Below, piece by piece: positions 1 to 13,510 of a stretch of 64,000 nt of DNA. The stretch's first letter is position 1; every line of letters starts with the position of its first letter. Made by a program: the position numbers and the translations under genes. Source of the stretch: Callorhinchus milii (taxonomy: Eukaryota); assembly GCF_018977255.1 (NCBI RefSeq), contig NW_024704742.1, positions 17,238,001-17,302,000 of the forward strand, read 5' to 3'. The notes below the pieces were generated by a model, which saw only the letters and a program-made list of their open reading frames with translations, was not told the DNA's origin and did no database searches.

Positions 1-334
1 TGATTCAACAACAACAACTTGCACATATAGCGCCCTCCATGCAGGGTAGCGTCTCAGAGTGATTCCCTGCGCTCAGTGAATGGTCTGCCCTTCCACGTCC
101 TGCCAATGAGCCAGGCTGGCTTTGCTGTCATCAGCAGTGCCCTGTAATACTGTGAGTCCACCTGGCTCAGGAATCGGACTAGTCACAGCTTTGGCTCAAT
201 TCCGACATTCTGTTGCCAAACATGTCACCTTGGAGCCAGTTCAGCTCCAGGGAGACCCCTCTTATCTCTCACTGTAAGATATTTACTGATGCTTAACACC
301 CATGGGCTTGTCTCAGCATTGGGCGGTCACCTAC

Positions 335-502
335 CCTGGTATTTTTGTCCACAGCAACCTTCATGTTTTTCAGCAGGTGATTGTTGGGCCCCCCTTCCCT
401 TTCATACACGTAGGCAATTCGGTCCAGATCTGGGAAATTTCTGTTGAGGTCTATTCCTTGGGCATTGCTGCGACCAACAAGCCAGTCCTTCAGATTACCT
501 GT
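335..502 (-). CDS. CPE: Carboxypeptidase E, coding exon 3; the gene continues beyond the left edge
   Basis: Acceptor CCCCTTCCAG|ACA, donor AGG|GTAGGT, 168 nt, phase 0/0. Encodes [56 protein letters not shown] with the M14 DLNRNF motif. Confidence 0.97.
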
Positions 503-1517
503 CTGGAAGGGGAAAAGCAGAGAGAAAAATCTGGATGAAACTATACTGATGATTGAATTAAAAATGGCCTGTGAAACATAAGCCAAATATTGCTTAAAAT
601 GTAGACAAACAGTCATATAATGTTTAGAGCACAAAAATTACTCCAATCCATTTTTGCTCTCCACTAAGTTGTATATAATCTGTTGCAACAAGAATGCTTT
701 GAGGAAGTTCATACATAATAACAATTTTACACGGTAACAATTTCAGGTAGTAGCAGACCATTGCAACTTCCTATAAAAGCGCCAATAACAGGGGAGTTGA
801 AAGGCATGTTTCTTGGAACATAAGAACAAAGGAGGCCATTCAATCCATCCAGCCTACTCCACCAATTTATTAGATGACAGCAGATCTTTTAAAACCACTG
901 TTATCTTTTATGGTCCTGTACATTTCTATTTTTAGGAAACTAATGTTGGTGCTCCAAAACCTTCAACCGATGCAAGCTTTTCATACAAAATTGGATCCAG
1001 ACTTTATATTTCAAATGAAGCATTCCAACACGCACAAGTAGCAAAGTTGATTTCAGTAAACCAGACCTGCTGAAGGCTGGTGCCACAAGATGACAAGACT
1101 GAAAAGATTATTGCATCAAAAACTGCCTGTAGTAAAACCTGATCAAATGTAATCAATGCATCAATTGCACCATGAAGACCATCTCCTGCAAGTGATTTGG
1201 AAATGGCACTCAAAATCAGTTTGATTTCTCTAAAATGGATTCACGTTGGACTTTTACCTTCAATACAACTCGTGCATTGTGTCAGATCAATGCACAAATG
1301 AAGTATATAAATAAATCATATCAAAACTATTTGAAAACGAGGAGAGACTGGAGAAACTAGGCCTATTTTTATTGCAACAGAGAATGTTGAGTAGAGACCT
1401 GATAAAGCTATTTACAATTATGAGAGGCTTTAATAATCGATAGGGTAGAATGTTTTGCGTATGCGGTAATTAGGCAAGATCTATTTCAGTTTTCAAGAGG
1501 GAAAAAGTAGTAGTTCA

Positions 1518-3100
1518 CAACAACAATAAAACAAAATTACATTTGTACAGCGCCTTTCATGTCGGGAGGATGTCCCAAGCCGCTAGACAGACAGAGTTTC
1601 AGATCAGAGCTGGGGGTCGGGATCAGGGAGGGTAGAGGACAGGGGGGGAAGCAGGGAGATCGAAAGCATGGTCAAAAAGGAGGGTCTTGAGATGAATCTT
1701 AAAGGAGGCAAGGGAGGGGGTGAAGCGGAGGGACTGCGGGTGGAGTTCCAGAAGATGGGATTGGCAGAAGGTCCGCCCGCCAATAGTGAGGCGAGTGAAG
1801 CGAGGGACGTGAAGCAGGCCAGAGCACACTGAGCGGAGGGAGCGAGCAAGATGGTAGGGGCTTAGGAGGTCACAGAGATGGGGGGAGCAAGACCATGGAG
1901 GGCTTTGAAGGTGAGGATCAGGATCTTGAACTGTATCCTCTGTGTGATGGGAAGCCAGTGGAGTCAGGCGAGGATGGGGGTGATAGGGTTACGGAGCCTC
2001 GTGCAGGAGAGGACGCGGGCTACAAAGTTCTGGATGATCTGCAGCCTATGGAGGGAGGAGCTAGGGAGTCCGACAAGCAAGGAGTCTGCATAGTCAAGCC
2101 TTGATGTTATGAAGCGTGTAAGAGGGTTTCGGCAGCCTGCAGTATGAGACAATGGTGGAGTCGGGCGATGTTGTGGAGGTGGGGGAAGGCAGAACGGGCC
2201 ATGGCACAGATGTGGGGAAGAAAGGAAAGATGAGTGTCAAACAAGACACCAATGTTCTGGACTGGCTTAGCAAGATGAAGTGTGCAACCATGGATGGTGA
2301 TGCTGTCAGCGCATGAGGTGTGGAGGCACTGACGGGAGCCAATCTGGAGAGCCTCGGTCTTATTGACGTTCAACTGAAGAAAATTAGCTCTCATCCATGA
2401 CTCGATGTCCAACAGACATTCTGTCAGGACAACAGTGGTCCTGGAATCAAGGTTGGAGGCAGAGAGGTACAGTTGTGTGTCATGCGCAGACACGTGGACG
2501 TTGACCCCATGACTGAGATGATGTCACCAAGAGGGAGCATATAGATATTGAAGAGGAGGGGACCAAGGACAGAGCCCTGAGGAACACCGCACGAGACTGT
2601 GGGGGGGCTAGAGGAGAAGCCGTGTGTGGAGATGAAGTGGTGGCAGTGTGAGAGGTTCAATCTGAACCAGTCAAGGACAGAGCCGTGGAGGTGAGAGAAG
2701 AGGCGGTGGATGAGGCTAGAGTTGTCAACGGTGTTGAAAGCAGCGGAGAGGTCAAGGAGGACGAGGAGGCAGAGGGACCCCTGGTCGCAGATGGACGGAA
2801 AGTCATTTGTCACTATGACCATGGCTGTTTCTGTGCTGTGGGCAGCACGGAAACCCGTTTGGAGGGGTTCGTGAAGGGAGTGGCGGGAGAGGAAGAAGCG
2901 AAACTGGGAATCAACAACTCGTTCCAGGACCTTGGAGAGGAAAGGGAGGTTGGAAATGGGGCAGTAGTTTGGGAGTAGAGATGGGTTCAGGGAGGGTTTT
3001 TTAAGGATAGGGGTGATGACGGCAGTTTTTAATGGGGTGGGAACAGCACCAGAGAACAGGGAGTGTTTATGATGTCAGTGAGTAGAGGGGCAAGGACCAG
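1518..3100 (-). mobile_element. L2 LINE, 5'-truncated, with decayed RT and 3' end
   Basis: Frameshifted RT motifs (LLDLSAAFNTVD, GVPQGSVLGPLLFNIY, WMRANFLQLNVNKTE); 3' stem-loop and (TTG)n tail near 1520. Confidence 0.93.
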
Positions 3101-4618
3101 GATCTTTGTCCCTCACAAGGACATGATAGGCTAAATGACATCAACTTTGCTGTAAATTTCTATGGTTCTAAATCTCTCCCCAAATCTTCATCTTGCAAAA
3201 AATCTTTATCTTTTGACTGTGGCTTTCATTGACATAAACAATTGCATTCTCCTCCCTCTCTGCTCAATGATACCCATAATCATTTATCCAGCACTATGAG
3301 ACATTTATTCTATGTGAAAAATGTTTTATGAGTTCAAGTTATTGAACTGTTCACGGGGCTATTATTATATGATGAGATCAAGGTTGTCCACAAGATGGTG
3401 CTACGGGATAATCAGAAGCATGGTGAACCTGAAGCCTTGCCCTGGAGAGTCTACAGAAGCTTGAAGCACAGTGAGAGCAGTAACAGGGGTATATATTTAA
3501 AAAAAATGAATACAAGGAAAAGCAAAAAAATTCAACTCTATTGTTTCAGGGAAAGATTCTCCTTGTTCCAGTCTGCTCATCCCAATTATTTTAGAGTTGC
3601 AAAGGGCAATTTCAGGACAGACATTCTTTACTCAGAGGGTAAAGAGTGAGACAGGTTACCAGGAAGGATGATTGCGACAAGAACATTAACTCATTGAAAA
3701 ACAGCTCAACATTGCAATGGGAGGACGGTAGATTGGACCTTCTGGAGGGTTGAGATCAGATGGATCCTAAAGCCTTCTTCACCCAAACCAATTTTGTGAT
3801 CTTGTGCTGCATCGCCTCTCAATGAGAAATATGAGCGAGGTGTTTGCATGGAAGGATGTGTAACATATTCATGGTCGCCAAACTATGAGGAAAGTACAGC
3901 AGAAAGTGATTATTGTTTTTGTAGGTGTGTGTCTGTCTTCCTGTTTCCAAGGGCTATTTCCATTTGCATATCAAGACAACAGAAGGGAACAGCCCTCGAG
4001 AAATGAACAGTTCATTAATATTTCATACTTTCTCTCAAAATGGTTACAACACTGGGTTATTCAAATTTAGAATTCACTGATGAAACGAGGATGCTTAAAA
4101 AAATGTAGTTAGTACCATATGACTCATTTGGTAAAGCTGCAGCCCAGTCTGGACCTGAGCCAAACCATTCAGGAAGGTCCCAGATATGAACCCTCGTCTG
4201 ATTCTAAGTTTGCTGAGAGCTCAGCCAAGGCAATAGCAGATGTACACTGTAGGCCTCAGTGCCGCTAGGCTGCTGAGAACTAATTAAACCAGGGTTTCTG
4301 ATCTAGATTACTATCCTCTGCTGGAAAGTGTCTACGTGGGAGGAGAAGTTTAGGTCTGTTTGTGATGCCCTCCGCCCCCATCACATAGTTAAATCTCCTG
4401 CTGGTACAGACTTTAAGGGTTCACACAAGAAGAAGGAAAGCCTGCGTAAGACGTGAACAATGAGCCCACCAGCATATTCAGGACAGGAGAGGGGGACAAA
4501 ATTGTAGTAGTAGAAATAATTTTTCTTTTGCATCAGATAAATCGGTTTAGTTCAGGAGAGTGAATCACTGGGAAATGCAGATGGTTGAAAAGCATTCTTG
4601 AAAGGGATTTTGCATTTA

Positions 4619-5122
<504 letters not shown>

Positions 5123-6289
5123 TCAGGACAGTGGAAAGGCCGCTACAATTGACTACCAAGTCTCCAGGCTAGGGAAGAGAGAGAATCTGCCAATGGTTTC
5201 ACTCTCAATTGCTACTTGAATTTGGAGGGAAGAAACAAGGTGGTGCAGAAAAGCTGTAGGAGTGTGAGTTATTCATGTACAATTGGGTGTTTGGCAGCAC
5301 GGTAGGTCAGAAGGGTGCCCAGTGAGGCAACACTCAAACTCAGATTCTGGGGTCAAGTAAAAGATTTGGGCCCACAACTGTACAGTGGGCAGCCAAGGTG
5401 GTGATGAAACATTCTGAAAACAGGCTTCGAACCAACGTAACGTATCAAAGTCAGGAAGAAGGACATATCAGTGATTAAAGAGGTTGGATTGCAATGTTCG
5501 ACAATTTGATAATTGGCATAATGACAATAGTGACACTGAATTTTTCATTCCAATAAACTTTGCACTCGAAGATTTACAGACTATGTAAACCATGGGCTAC
5601 AGGTAACAGTGCAAATCATACTGCCCTACACCATAGCTGTTTGTAAGACATTGCTGTGCACATTTGGTTGCCGCATTTCGCCCACAAATATACAGTCAAT
5701 TTACTTTGCAGTATATTCTGCGAAGAACTTTGAGTTGTCTCAAAGTTGTGATAAGGCGCTATGTCAAATGCATTATTATTTCAATCGAAGAGCATCTGTT
5801 ATCTCTCCACACTGCCATTCTCATCGCCTTCCTAAGTGATACTGGCAACCATAAGAAGATTGATAACAAGTTTCACACCAAGCACTCACTCACACAGAGA
5901 AAGCGTTGCAGACCACCCACTCATTTTACTTACAACCTCTGAGAGCTTCCAGTCAGAGAAAGGCTTTCATCATATCTGAGCAGATTGAAACAGAGGTCCC
6001 ATGGTGAAAGGATAACCTTCTAGCCCACCAAGCTGCCGAGTATTCATTTGTACATGAATAACTCACACGCTCCTGTCAGCCCTTTCCATCTCCACAACCT
6101 CCTTTCCTCCCTCCAGATGCAAGAATATTGCCAGTGTGAACTTTGATCATTCTTAAAAGAACTTAGAAAAATAAAACAATAAATAAAAAGGAGAAAGCGT
6201 ATTGGAAGCCATCAATTGGGAGGGCAGTGGCAGCTGAGTGGATTCCCTTGATTTTGAACTTGAGGAAGTTCAGCATTTTCTCGTAGTGG

Positions 6290-7790
6290 AAAGTATCTGT
6301 GAGGCATGACAGGGAGGGTGCAGGAGCCGGTTGGTGGTGGAGAACAGGAGCCTGGGGTTGCCCTTCGCCTCCAGGATTAACCTGGAAGAGAAGGACTATT
6401 TGGCCGAGGAGAGAGCGGAACGGTAGGTCTTGATGATGTCCAGCCAGATGTGGCGGTGGACCGTTAGGCCGGATTTGAGCCAAGTGCTTTCGGCAGCCCA
6501 CACCTGGCCCTTAAGCGAGCGGAGGTGGCTGGTGAACCAGGGTGAGGATCAGGAATAGGAGGCAGTTCGGGAGGTGAAGGGGGCAAGGGTTGCGAGTGTG
6601 GTGGAGAGGGTGCTGTGGAGAAGAGTAAGCGCAGTGAGTGGGTTGGTACGAGAGGTGGGCCAGAGGGTGAGGAGATCAGAGGACTCGAAGGCAGTGGAGA
6701 GGGACTGCGGGGAGATCTTCTTCCACGGGCAGTAGAAGATGGTGGTAAGTTTGGAGGCAGTGGGGAGAGGGATATGGGAGTTGAGGGTGATGAAATGGTG
6801 GTCAGAGGTGACCTTGTCAGTGATGGTGACATCCGAGACGCTGAGGCCCCGGGTGATCACCAGGTCAAATGGGCGACCATGGGTCTGGGTAGCAGAGTGG
6901 ATGTGGAGGGAGAGATTGAGAGAGGAGAGGAGAGAGAAGTCTGAGGAGGTAGAGCAGGAGGGGCTGAAATGGAGGTTGAATTCGCCTAGGTTGATGAGGC
7001 AGTCGGAGCAGAGGCAGAGGGAAGCAAGGAGGGTGGAGATGTTAGAGATGAAGGTGGGGGAGGATTTTGGGGGCCGGTAAATTAGGAGGATTTTTAGAGA
7101 CAGTTGGGAGGGATGGCAGAAGGTAAGGTGTTCAAAAGAGGAGAATGAGCCGGTGGAGTAGGGGGATAGGGCAAGTGACACCCGTCAGTTGAGGTGTGGG
7201 GCATGGTGGTAGGTGTAGCCGGGTGGTGTGGCCTCAGTGAGGGGCAAGGTGTCACCTGGGGTGATCCAGGTTTCAGTGAGGGCCATAATGTCAATGTTAT
7301 TATTATTATTAATGTTCTCATCGAGGATGAGATCATTGATGGCCAGGGTCTTATTGCAGATGGAGCAGACGTTTTGAAGGCCAATGTGGAGTGAAGTTGG
7401 CAGGGGGATGTGTGAGATGAGAGAGGGTAATGGATTAGTGGTGATGTGGATGAGGGAGGAGAGGTTAGCCCCTGGGGTCTGGGTCCGGGGTTGCTTGTGG
7501 CGGTAGTGGGGAATGGGGCAGTCGGTAGGGCTACTGCTGGACAGCCAACGCTGAGTGCCATGATGAGCCCGGCAGAGGATTCCCAGTCTGGACCAGAGGG
7601 AGGGAATTGGGGGGGTCAAGCAGAGATAGGAGGCGGGGAGGGTGGAGAGAGAGCAGGATAGAGCAGAAGAGTTGCAGGGAGGGGGATATTTTGAGGGTGG
7701 GCCAGCTCGGGTCGGGGGCAGCAGCCAAGATGTCTACGCTGGGACGAGAGGCGGCGAGATTAGTGGGATAGACCTTGTATGACTTCAATC
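6290..7790 (-). mobile_element. L2 LINE 5' fragment with APE endonuclease domain; no RT or 3' end
   Basis: LQNVCSICNK, DIMALTETW, IYRPP, LGEFNLH, DLVITRG and SDHHFI are APE motifs of L2-type ORF2. Confidence 0.88.
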
Positions 7791-9118
7791 TAAATGGGCC
7801 TCACATTGATGTACATGTTTGAAATCCTGTGGAGATCATCAAGAAATGAACAGAGTCATCTAATTCCATTCTTCAGAATTTTACAACCAATTGGTGCTGC
7901 TAACTTTCAGTAAACAATGTTTTTTCATTTCGTAGCACTTGCAATAACATACATCTTAAGGATTCCAGAGGTGTCGCACAAATCCTCTGGAAGTGTGAGA
8001 CATTAAACTTCACCAGCTAGAATTTTGGAATAGTTCACATACATTTTCAAATGATTACCACATAAAACGGTTGCTTTCCCTGCTTAGGAAACAGCACAAC
8101 ATCTGCAAGTGATATAGAAGGGGTGTCGACTCCACTTCTACATCAGGCAGGGAGCAGCAGCAGTGAATACCTCTGGTGCTAACCTCCAATGCACTCACAA
8201 AACATAGGTTTTATAGATGCTGCACCAAAGGCAAGGATTGCTATTAATTGTGAAAAAATATACAAAGTCTAAAGAATGAGGAATACACTAACATGAATTA
8301 CACTGATTCAATTTCAGTGTAAATTCAGTCAAACAAGTCGTCACATCACCGTGTTCTTATCCCAGGACTCACAAGCAGAGGCTTGGGGTTTCCGGGCACA
8401 ATTAGGCACTGTTTCTGCCACTTCTGGTGTGTGTCAGTAATGTTGTGTTTGGGCCCTTGATAACAAGAAGTGCCTTAAATTGCATTTTTCTTGATCTGAA
8501 GTCTCAGAAGTTACATTCTTTGATGTATTTGTGCCTGGGATGCTGGCAGTCGAAGCTAAATGTGTTTTTCTGCACACCAGACTTCCCGGAAATAAATAAG
8601 ATGCAGACGTGCAGAGATGGCAAAATGGAACCATGCTTGCGATTATAGTTCAGAAGTGCTCTACACTTCAACCACAGCAGGTATGATAACGCATTACATT
8701 GCTGTCATTGGGACATTGCTATTGATTGGGACATTGTGTGCAAATTGGCTACTGCGTCCGCCCAGAAAATACAATCACACTATTATCTTCTAAAGTGCCT
8801 TGAGACATCCTCCCGATGAGAAAGACACAATATCAAAAGTAAAGATTATTGTTACATACCGGTTCCAAAGGATTCAAAATTACTATGAGTCAACTCTTCA
8901 GCACCGATTGACAATAAATCTCGAGGGAAGCCTATTATGCACCATGTGTAAACCATGTGTAAACCATGTAAACTATATGTACAGATCAACTCTTAAGATC
9001 TTTGCCTCAGCCTTCAAATTCCTTCAGTCTCGCCCCTCCCTAACTATGCAATCCACTAACATAGGCTTCTCTGTTGCTTATATCGACAAAATATACAGTC
9101 AATTCACTTCACCATATC

Positions 9119-9323
9119 AAAACACAAAATACTGCAGATGCTGGCAATCTGAAACAAAAACAGAGAGAGCTGGGAATACTCAGCAGGTCAGGCAGCATCT
9201 ATGGAGAAAGGAAACGCCAGTTCTGACGAAGGGTCATGGACCCGAAACGTTGACTCACTTTCCTTTCTCTATAGATGTTGCCTGACCTGCTGAGTTTTCC
9301 CAGCTCTCTCTGTTTTTGTTTCA
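9119..9323. mobile_element. Penelope-like element terminal repeat, inverted structure
   Basis: CTGCAGATGCTGG...CTCAGCAGGTCAGGCAGCATCT motif, 65-bp inverted arms, hammerhead core in the loop; interrupts a SINE at TTCACTT. Confidence 0.75.
9219..9255 (+). ncRNA. Minimal type I hammerhead ribozyme motif
   Basis: AGUU-CUGACGA-A-GGGUC(AUG)GACCC-GAAA-CGUU-GACU: intact core, stem II 5 bp, stem I AGUU/GACU, palindromic ACGU stem III, GUU triplet. Confidence 0.7.
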
Positions 9324-11599
9324 CTTTACAGTATATTCTGTGAAGCGCTTTGAGACATCTTGAAGACGTGATAAGGTGCTATATCAAATGCAAGAATTAT
9401 TATTATCATTCCTCATGGCCTCCACCACACTTTAGCCTCTGGCACTTCTAAAATCACTTCCCTTCTCCCAGTCAACAACAGTTGCAACAACATTTTGTTA
9501 CTCAATCCATGACTGCTTTTGGGACACTGCTGTGCACAATTGGCTACAACATTTCACCCCCAATCCACTTTACAGTATATTCTGTGAAACGCTTTGAGAC
9601 GTCATGAATGTTGCTGTAGAAGCTAAAAATTATTTCTTTACCCAGAGGATAATTAATGATTGGAACAGGTTACTAGAAAGGGTGGCTGAAGTCAGGACAC
9701 TGGACTCATTTAGAAAAGAGCTTGATGGGAGAATGGTTGGGTTGGTATTTTGGATTGATGAGATCAGGTGGGCCGATAGGCCTTCAACCAAACCTCTCTT
9801 GTGATCTTGTGATATTGTTGTTACTGGTATCAATTTCACCATCTGTCTACAGCCGAAAAATAAAATGTTAGATTGCCTCCAGACCCCCACTGTCTGTCAT
9901 AGTGTGTTACAGCTATGTCTGTTCTTATTTAATCGATGCCCAAGGCACTGTTAAACAGGAGCTGAAACATCCATCATTCAGCTTCCGTCTGCAACTCTAA
10001 GTAGGACAGCAAATAGCATAATTCAGCGTTTCTTCATCAATCTTCTGCCCTTGCAGTGTGATTTCCAAAACGTGTAAGAATCATTCACTGCTAATAAAAT
10101 ATAGTACAGCACAAACAACATCTTCCAATGGGGAAGCGATGCCAGTTTGTTGCAAACTTTCTTTGTTTCGCTTCCTCATCAATTTCTTTTCCTTCTTTAG
10201 AAACAAGGGTAACGGATATTAAGATGGGAGGAACCTTTGAAAACCCGTTAAAATTATTCTTCACCCCTAAATCCCTAAGAGAAGCAAGATCTGCATCCTC
10301 CAATTCCATTCTTAATTAAATATATTAGAAGTGAAATATCCAGATTATTTTGGGTAGAACATCATATTAGGATGGAAAGATTTTATGTTTTTTTTCATTG
10401 TTAGTTTAAAATTTTATTTCATTTCTAAAAGACTCAAGTCTCCGAGCAGCCTTCTGTGAGTCCTGGGAGCAAAGGAGGCCATCACTTTGATGCCAGTGCA
10501 GCTTTATGTATTTCCAAACAGAGGCTTATGACACAGAAAGCACCAAGGGAGACATTCAGCTGATGCAAGACCCACAACTTGCATTCAGCTGATGCAAGAC
10601 CTTCACAGTCGGTGTTCAAGCCAAAAATAGAGGCCGCTGGTAGGCACAGGTGTACTAAATTCACAAGCATGGACCTGAAAATCAAATCTAAATCTATTTT
10701 GGTTTTCAGAGCAACTCACCGAATGCATCAAATCAGACAGCTCCATGAATATCTTAACCTCTAGCAGAAACCAGAAGTACAAACATCACCTTCAATGATA
10801 GTGATGTCCTTGCGGAGGAATAAGAAGCAGATAGAGACCTTAATTATTAGAATAAAGGAACTGCAGCTTCATTTGCATATGCTACTAAGTTAGAAGTGGG
10901 AAATTGTGAAGAAGGCAGTGGAAAATTGCAGAGGGATACAGACAGATTAAAAGAATGGGCAGAACTATCTCAAATGGAGTGCAATGTGGCAAAGTGTGAG
11001 TTGCTTGATTTTGGACTTGATAATAATGCTTAATTTGATGTAGCGCCTTATCACATCTTTGAGACATCTCAAAGCGCTTCACAGAATATACTGTAAAGTG
11101 AATTGACTGTACCTTTTGTGGGTGAAACGTGGCAGCCAATTGGGCACTACAGTGTCCCACAAACAGTCATGGATTGAGTGACCAAATTATTTTTTTTTAA
11201 GTATGTCGCTATCTATTTCTTCTAGTCCCCCTTGTTATGTTTCCTCTCACCACCTACATCACCCATACCCATTAATATCTTCTTTTCTGCTTGGCCTAGA
11301 TGCAACTCCACCCCTCATCTCTGCCCCAACACACCAAACCTGCACCTGTGAAGTTTGCCCTATTTATTTTGGCAGCCGGGTGTCTGACACATGAAAGGTC
11401 TCAGTTGTTTTATCTAAGATGCATCTTTGTGGAACACAGGCTTGAGGCAGTTACTGATCCCATTCGCAATGCAATTGTAACTTGAAATCCCAGGGGTTCA
11501 GCCTTTCACCAATCGGATTTTAACACTGTTGATCAACCTATCAGTCACGTGAGTTCACCTCTGCCAAGTGCAGAATATCCAATCCGGTCACAAAAGGTA

Positions 11600-13510
11600 G
11601 GAGTCCTGTGGCTCAGTGGTTGGCGCACTCGCTTTGCAAGCGAGAGATCTGAGTTGATTCCCGGCAGGGTGATAACTTAGGCAAGCTTCCTTACTCCACA
11701 CGCCTGATGGACCTTCTTATCCAAGGTCCTTGAGAGAGCCGTTGCCTCCCAGCTTCGCTCTTCCCTCTCCTCTCACTCCCTCCATGAACCCCTTCAATTG
11801 GGCTTCTGGTCTGGTCAAGGTCACAAAAGACATCCTGACCATGTGTGACCAGGGCTCCCTCTGCCTCCTCGTACTCCCCGATTTCTCCACCGCCTTTGAC
11901 ACCGTGGACCACTCAATCCTCCTCCACCGCCTCTCCTCCCACCTCAACCTTCAAGGTTCTGTCCTTGACTGGTTCAGGTTTTACCTTTCACACTGCCTCC
12001 ACTTCATCATGGCAAACATTTTCTCCTCCAGCCCCCACACTGTCTTGTTCAGTGTTCCTCAGGGTTCTGTCCTCAGTCCCCTCCTCTTCACCTTCTACAT
12101 GCTCCCCCTTCGCAGACATGGGGTAAATTTCCAACCCAACTCTATCTCTCTGTCTCCACCCTCAACTCCAGGACTACTGGCGTCCTGAGCGACTGCCTGT
12201 CCGACATCAAGTCCTGGACGAGTGACAACTTCCTCCAACTCAACGTCAGCAAGACCGAGGCCCTCCTACTGGCTCGCATCAGCGCTTCCCCAACTCAGGC
12301 GCTGGCAGCATCAGCCTCCATGGCTGCACACTCAACCTCACTAAGCCAGTCAGGAACCTGGGTATCTTGTTTGACCCTGGACTGTTTTTTCTCCTCCACA
12401 TCCGCACCATGACCGGCACTGCCTACCACCACCTCCGCAACATTGACAGACTCTGCCAGTGCCTCACCCCTCAGGCTGTCAAAACCCTCGCCCACGCATT
12501 CGTCACATCAAGGCTTGATTACGGGGTTTCCCTCCTCGTCGGCCTTCCCAACTCTTCCCTTCCTAAGCTGCAGATCATCCAAAACTCTGCAGCTCGTGTA
12601 CTCTCACACACCAGGCTCCGTGACCCCATCACTCCTACCCTTGCCCGACTCCACTGGTCCCCCATCCCTCAGAGGATCAAGTTCAAGATCCTCATCCTCA
12701 CCTTTAAGGCCATCCATGCCCTTGCCCCCTCCTATCTCTCTGACCTGCTGATTCCCTATCAACCTTCCCATTCCCTCCATTCATCGGGCTCCAGCCTGCT
12801 CCATGTCTCCCGCCCGACCCGCCCTACCATCAATGGCCGGGCTTTCAGCCTCTCTGCCTCCACACTCTGGAATTCCATCCTACGGTCCCTTCGCCTCGCT
12901 TCCTCCCTTGCCTCCTTCAAGGCCGGTCTCAAGACCCTTCTCTTTGACCCTGCCTTTGGTCTCCCTCCCACTTCTCTGCCTTCCCTCACCCCTACCCCAC
13001 CCCTCCCCCATGCTCGGTCCCCGACAGCTGACTGTTCAGCGCTTTGGGATGTCCTCCCGATGTGAAAGGCGCTCTATAAATGTAATTTTGTTGTTGTTGT
13101 TGTTACTGGTAATAATCCCTCAAGAAAAAAAAATAATCATTAGGTCACTCCATAATAATAATAATCCTTGCATTCGATATAGTGCTTTTCACGTCTTCTA
13201 GACGTCTCAAAGTGAATTGACTGTATATTTGTGGGCAAAACGGGGCAGACAATTGCACACAGTAGTGGCCCACAAACAGTTATGGATTGAAGTGACCAAT
13301 TAGGCAAGTGCTCTAACCACTGAGCTACAGGACTCCAGACTGCTGTTTGTGGGACACTGCTGTCCACGACTGTTTGTGGGACACTGCTGTGCGCAATTGG
13401 CTGCCTTGATTCGCTCACAAAAATATACAGTCACTGTACGGTATAATCTGTGAAACTCTTTGAGACATCTAGAATACGTGAAAAGCTCCATATTAAATAC
13501 AAGGATTATT
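11600..13510 (+). mobile_element. tRNA-derived SINE split by an L2 and by a minus-strand SINE
   Basis: Head GGAGTCCTGTGGCTCAGTGG at 11600-11709; body resumes AATAATCCCTCAAG near 13110 and GTTTGTGGGACACTGCTG near 13345; tail near 13510. Minus-strand, internally deleted SINE at ~13152-13336. Confidence 0.8.
11710..13105 (+). mobile_element. L2 LINE (RT C-terminal half and 3' end) inserted in a SINE
   Basis: DFSTAFDTVDH, VPQGSVLSP, SRLDY, LHWSPIPQRIKFK; (TTG)n tail near 13088-13105. Confidence 0.93.

Noticed and set aside
10553..10601. 20-bp direct repeat with a 9-bp spacer; similar pairs near 31876-31917 and 8941-8972
   Set aside because: Only two or three units; ordinary local duplications, not a CRISPR-like array.
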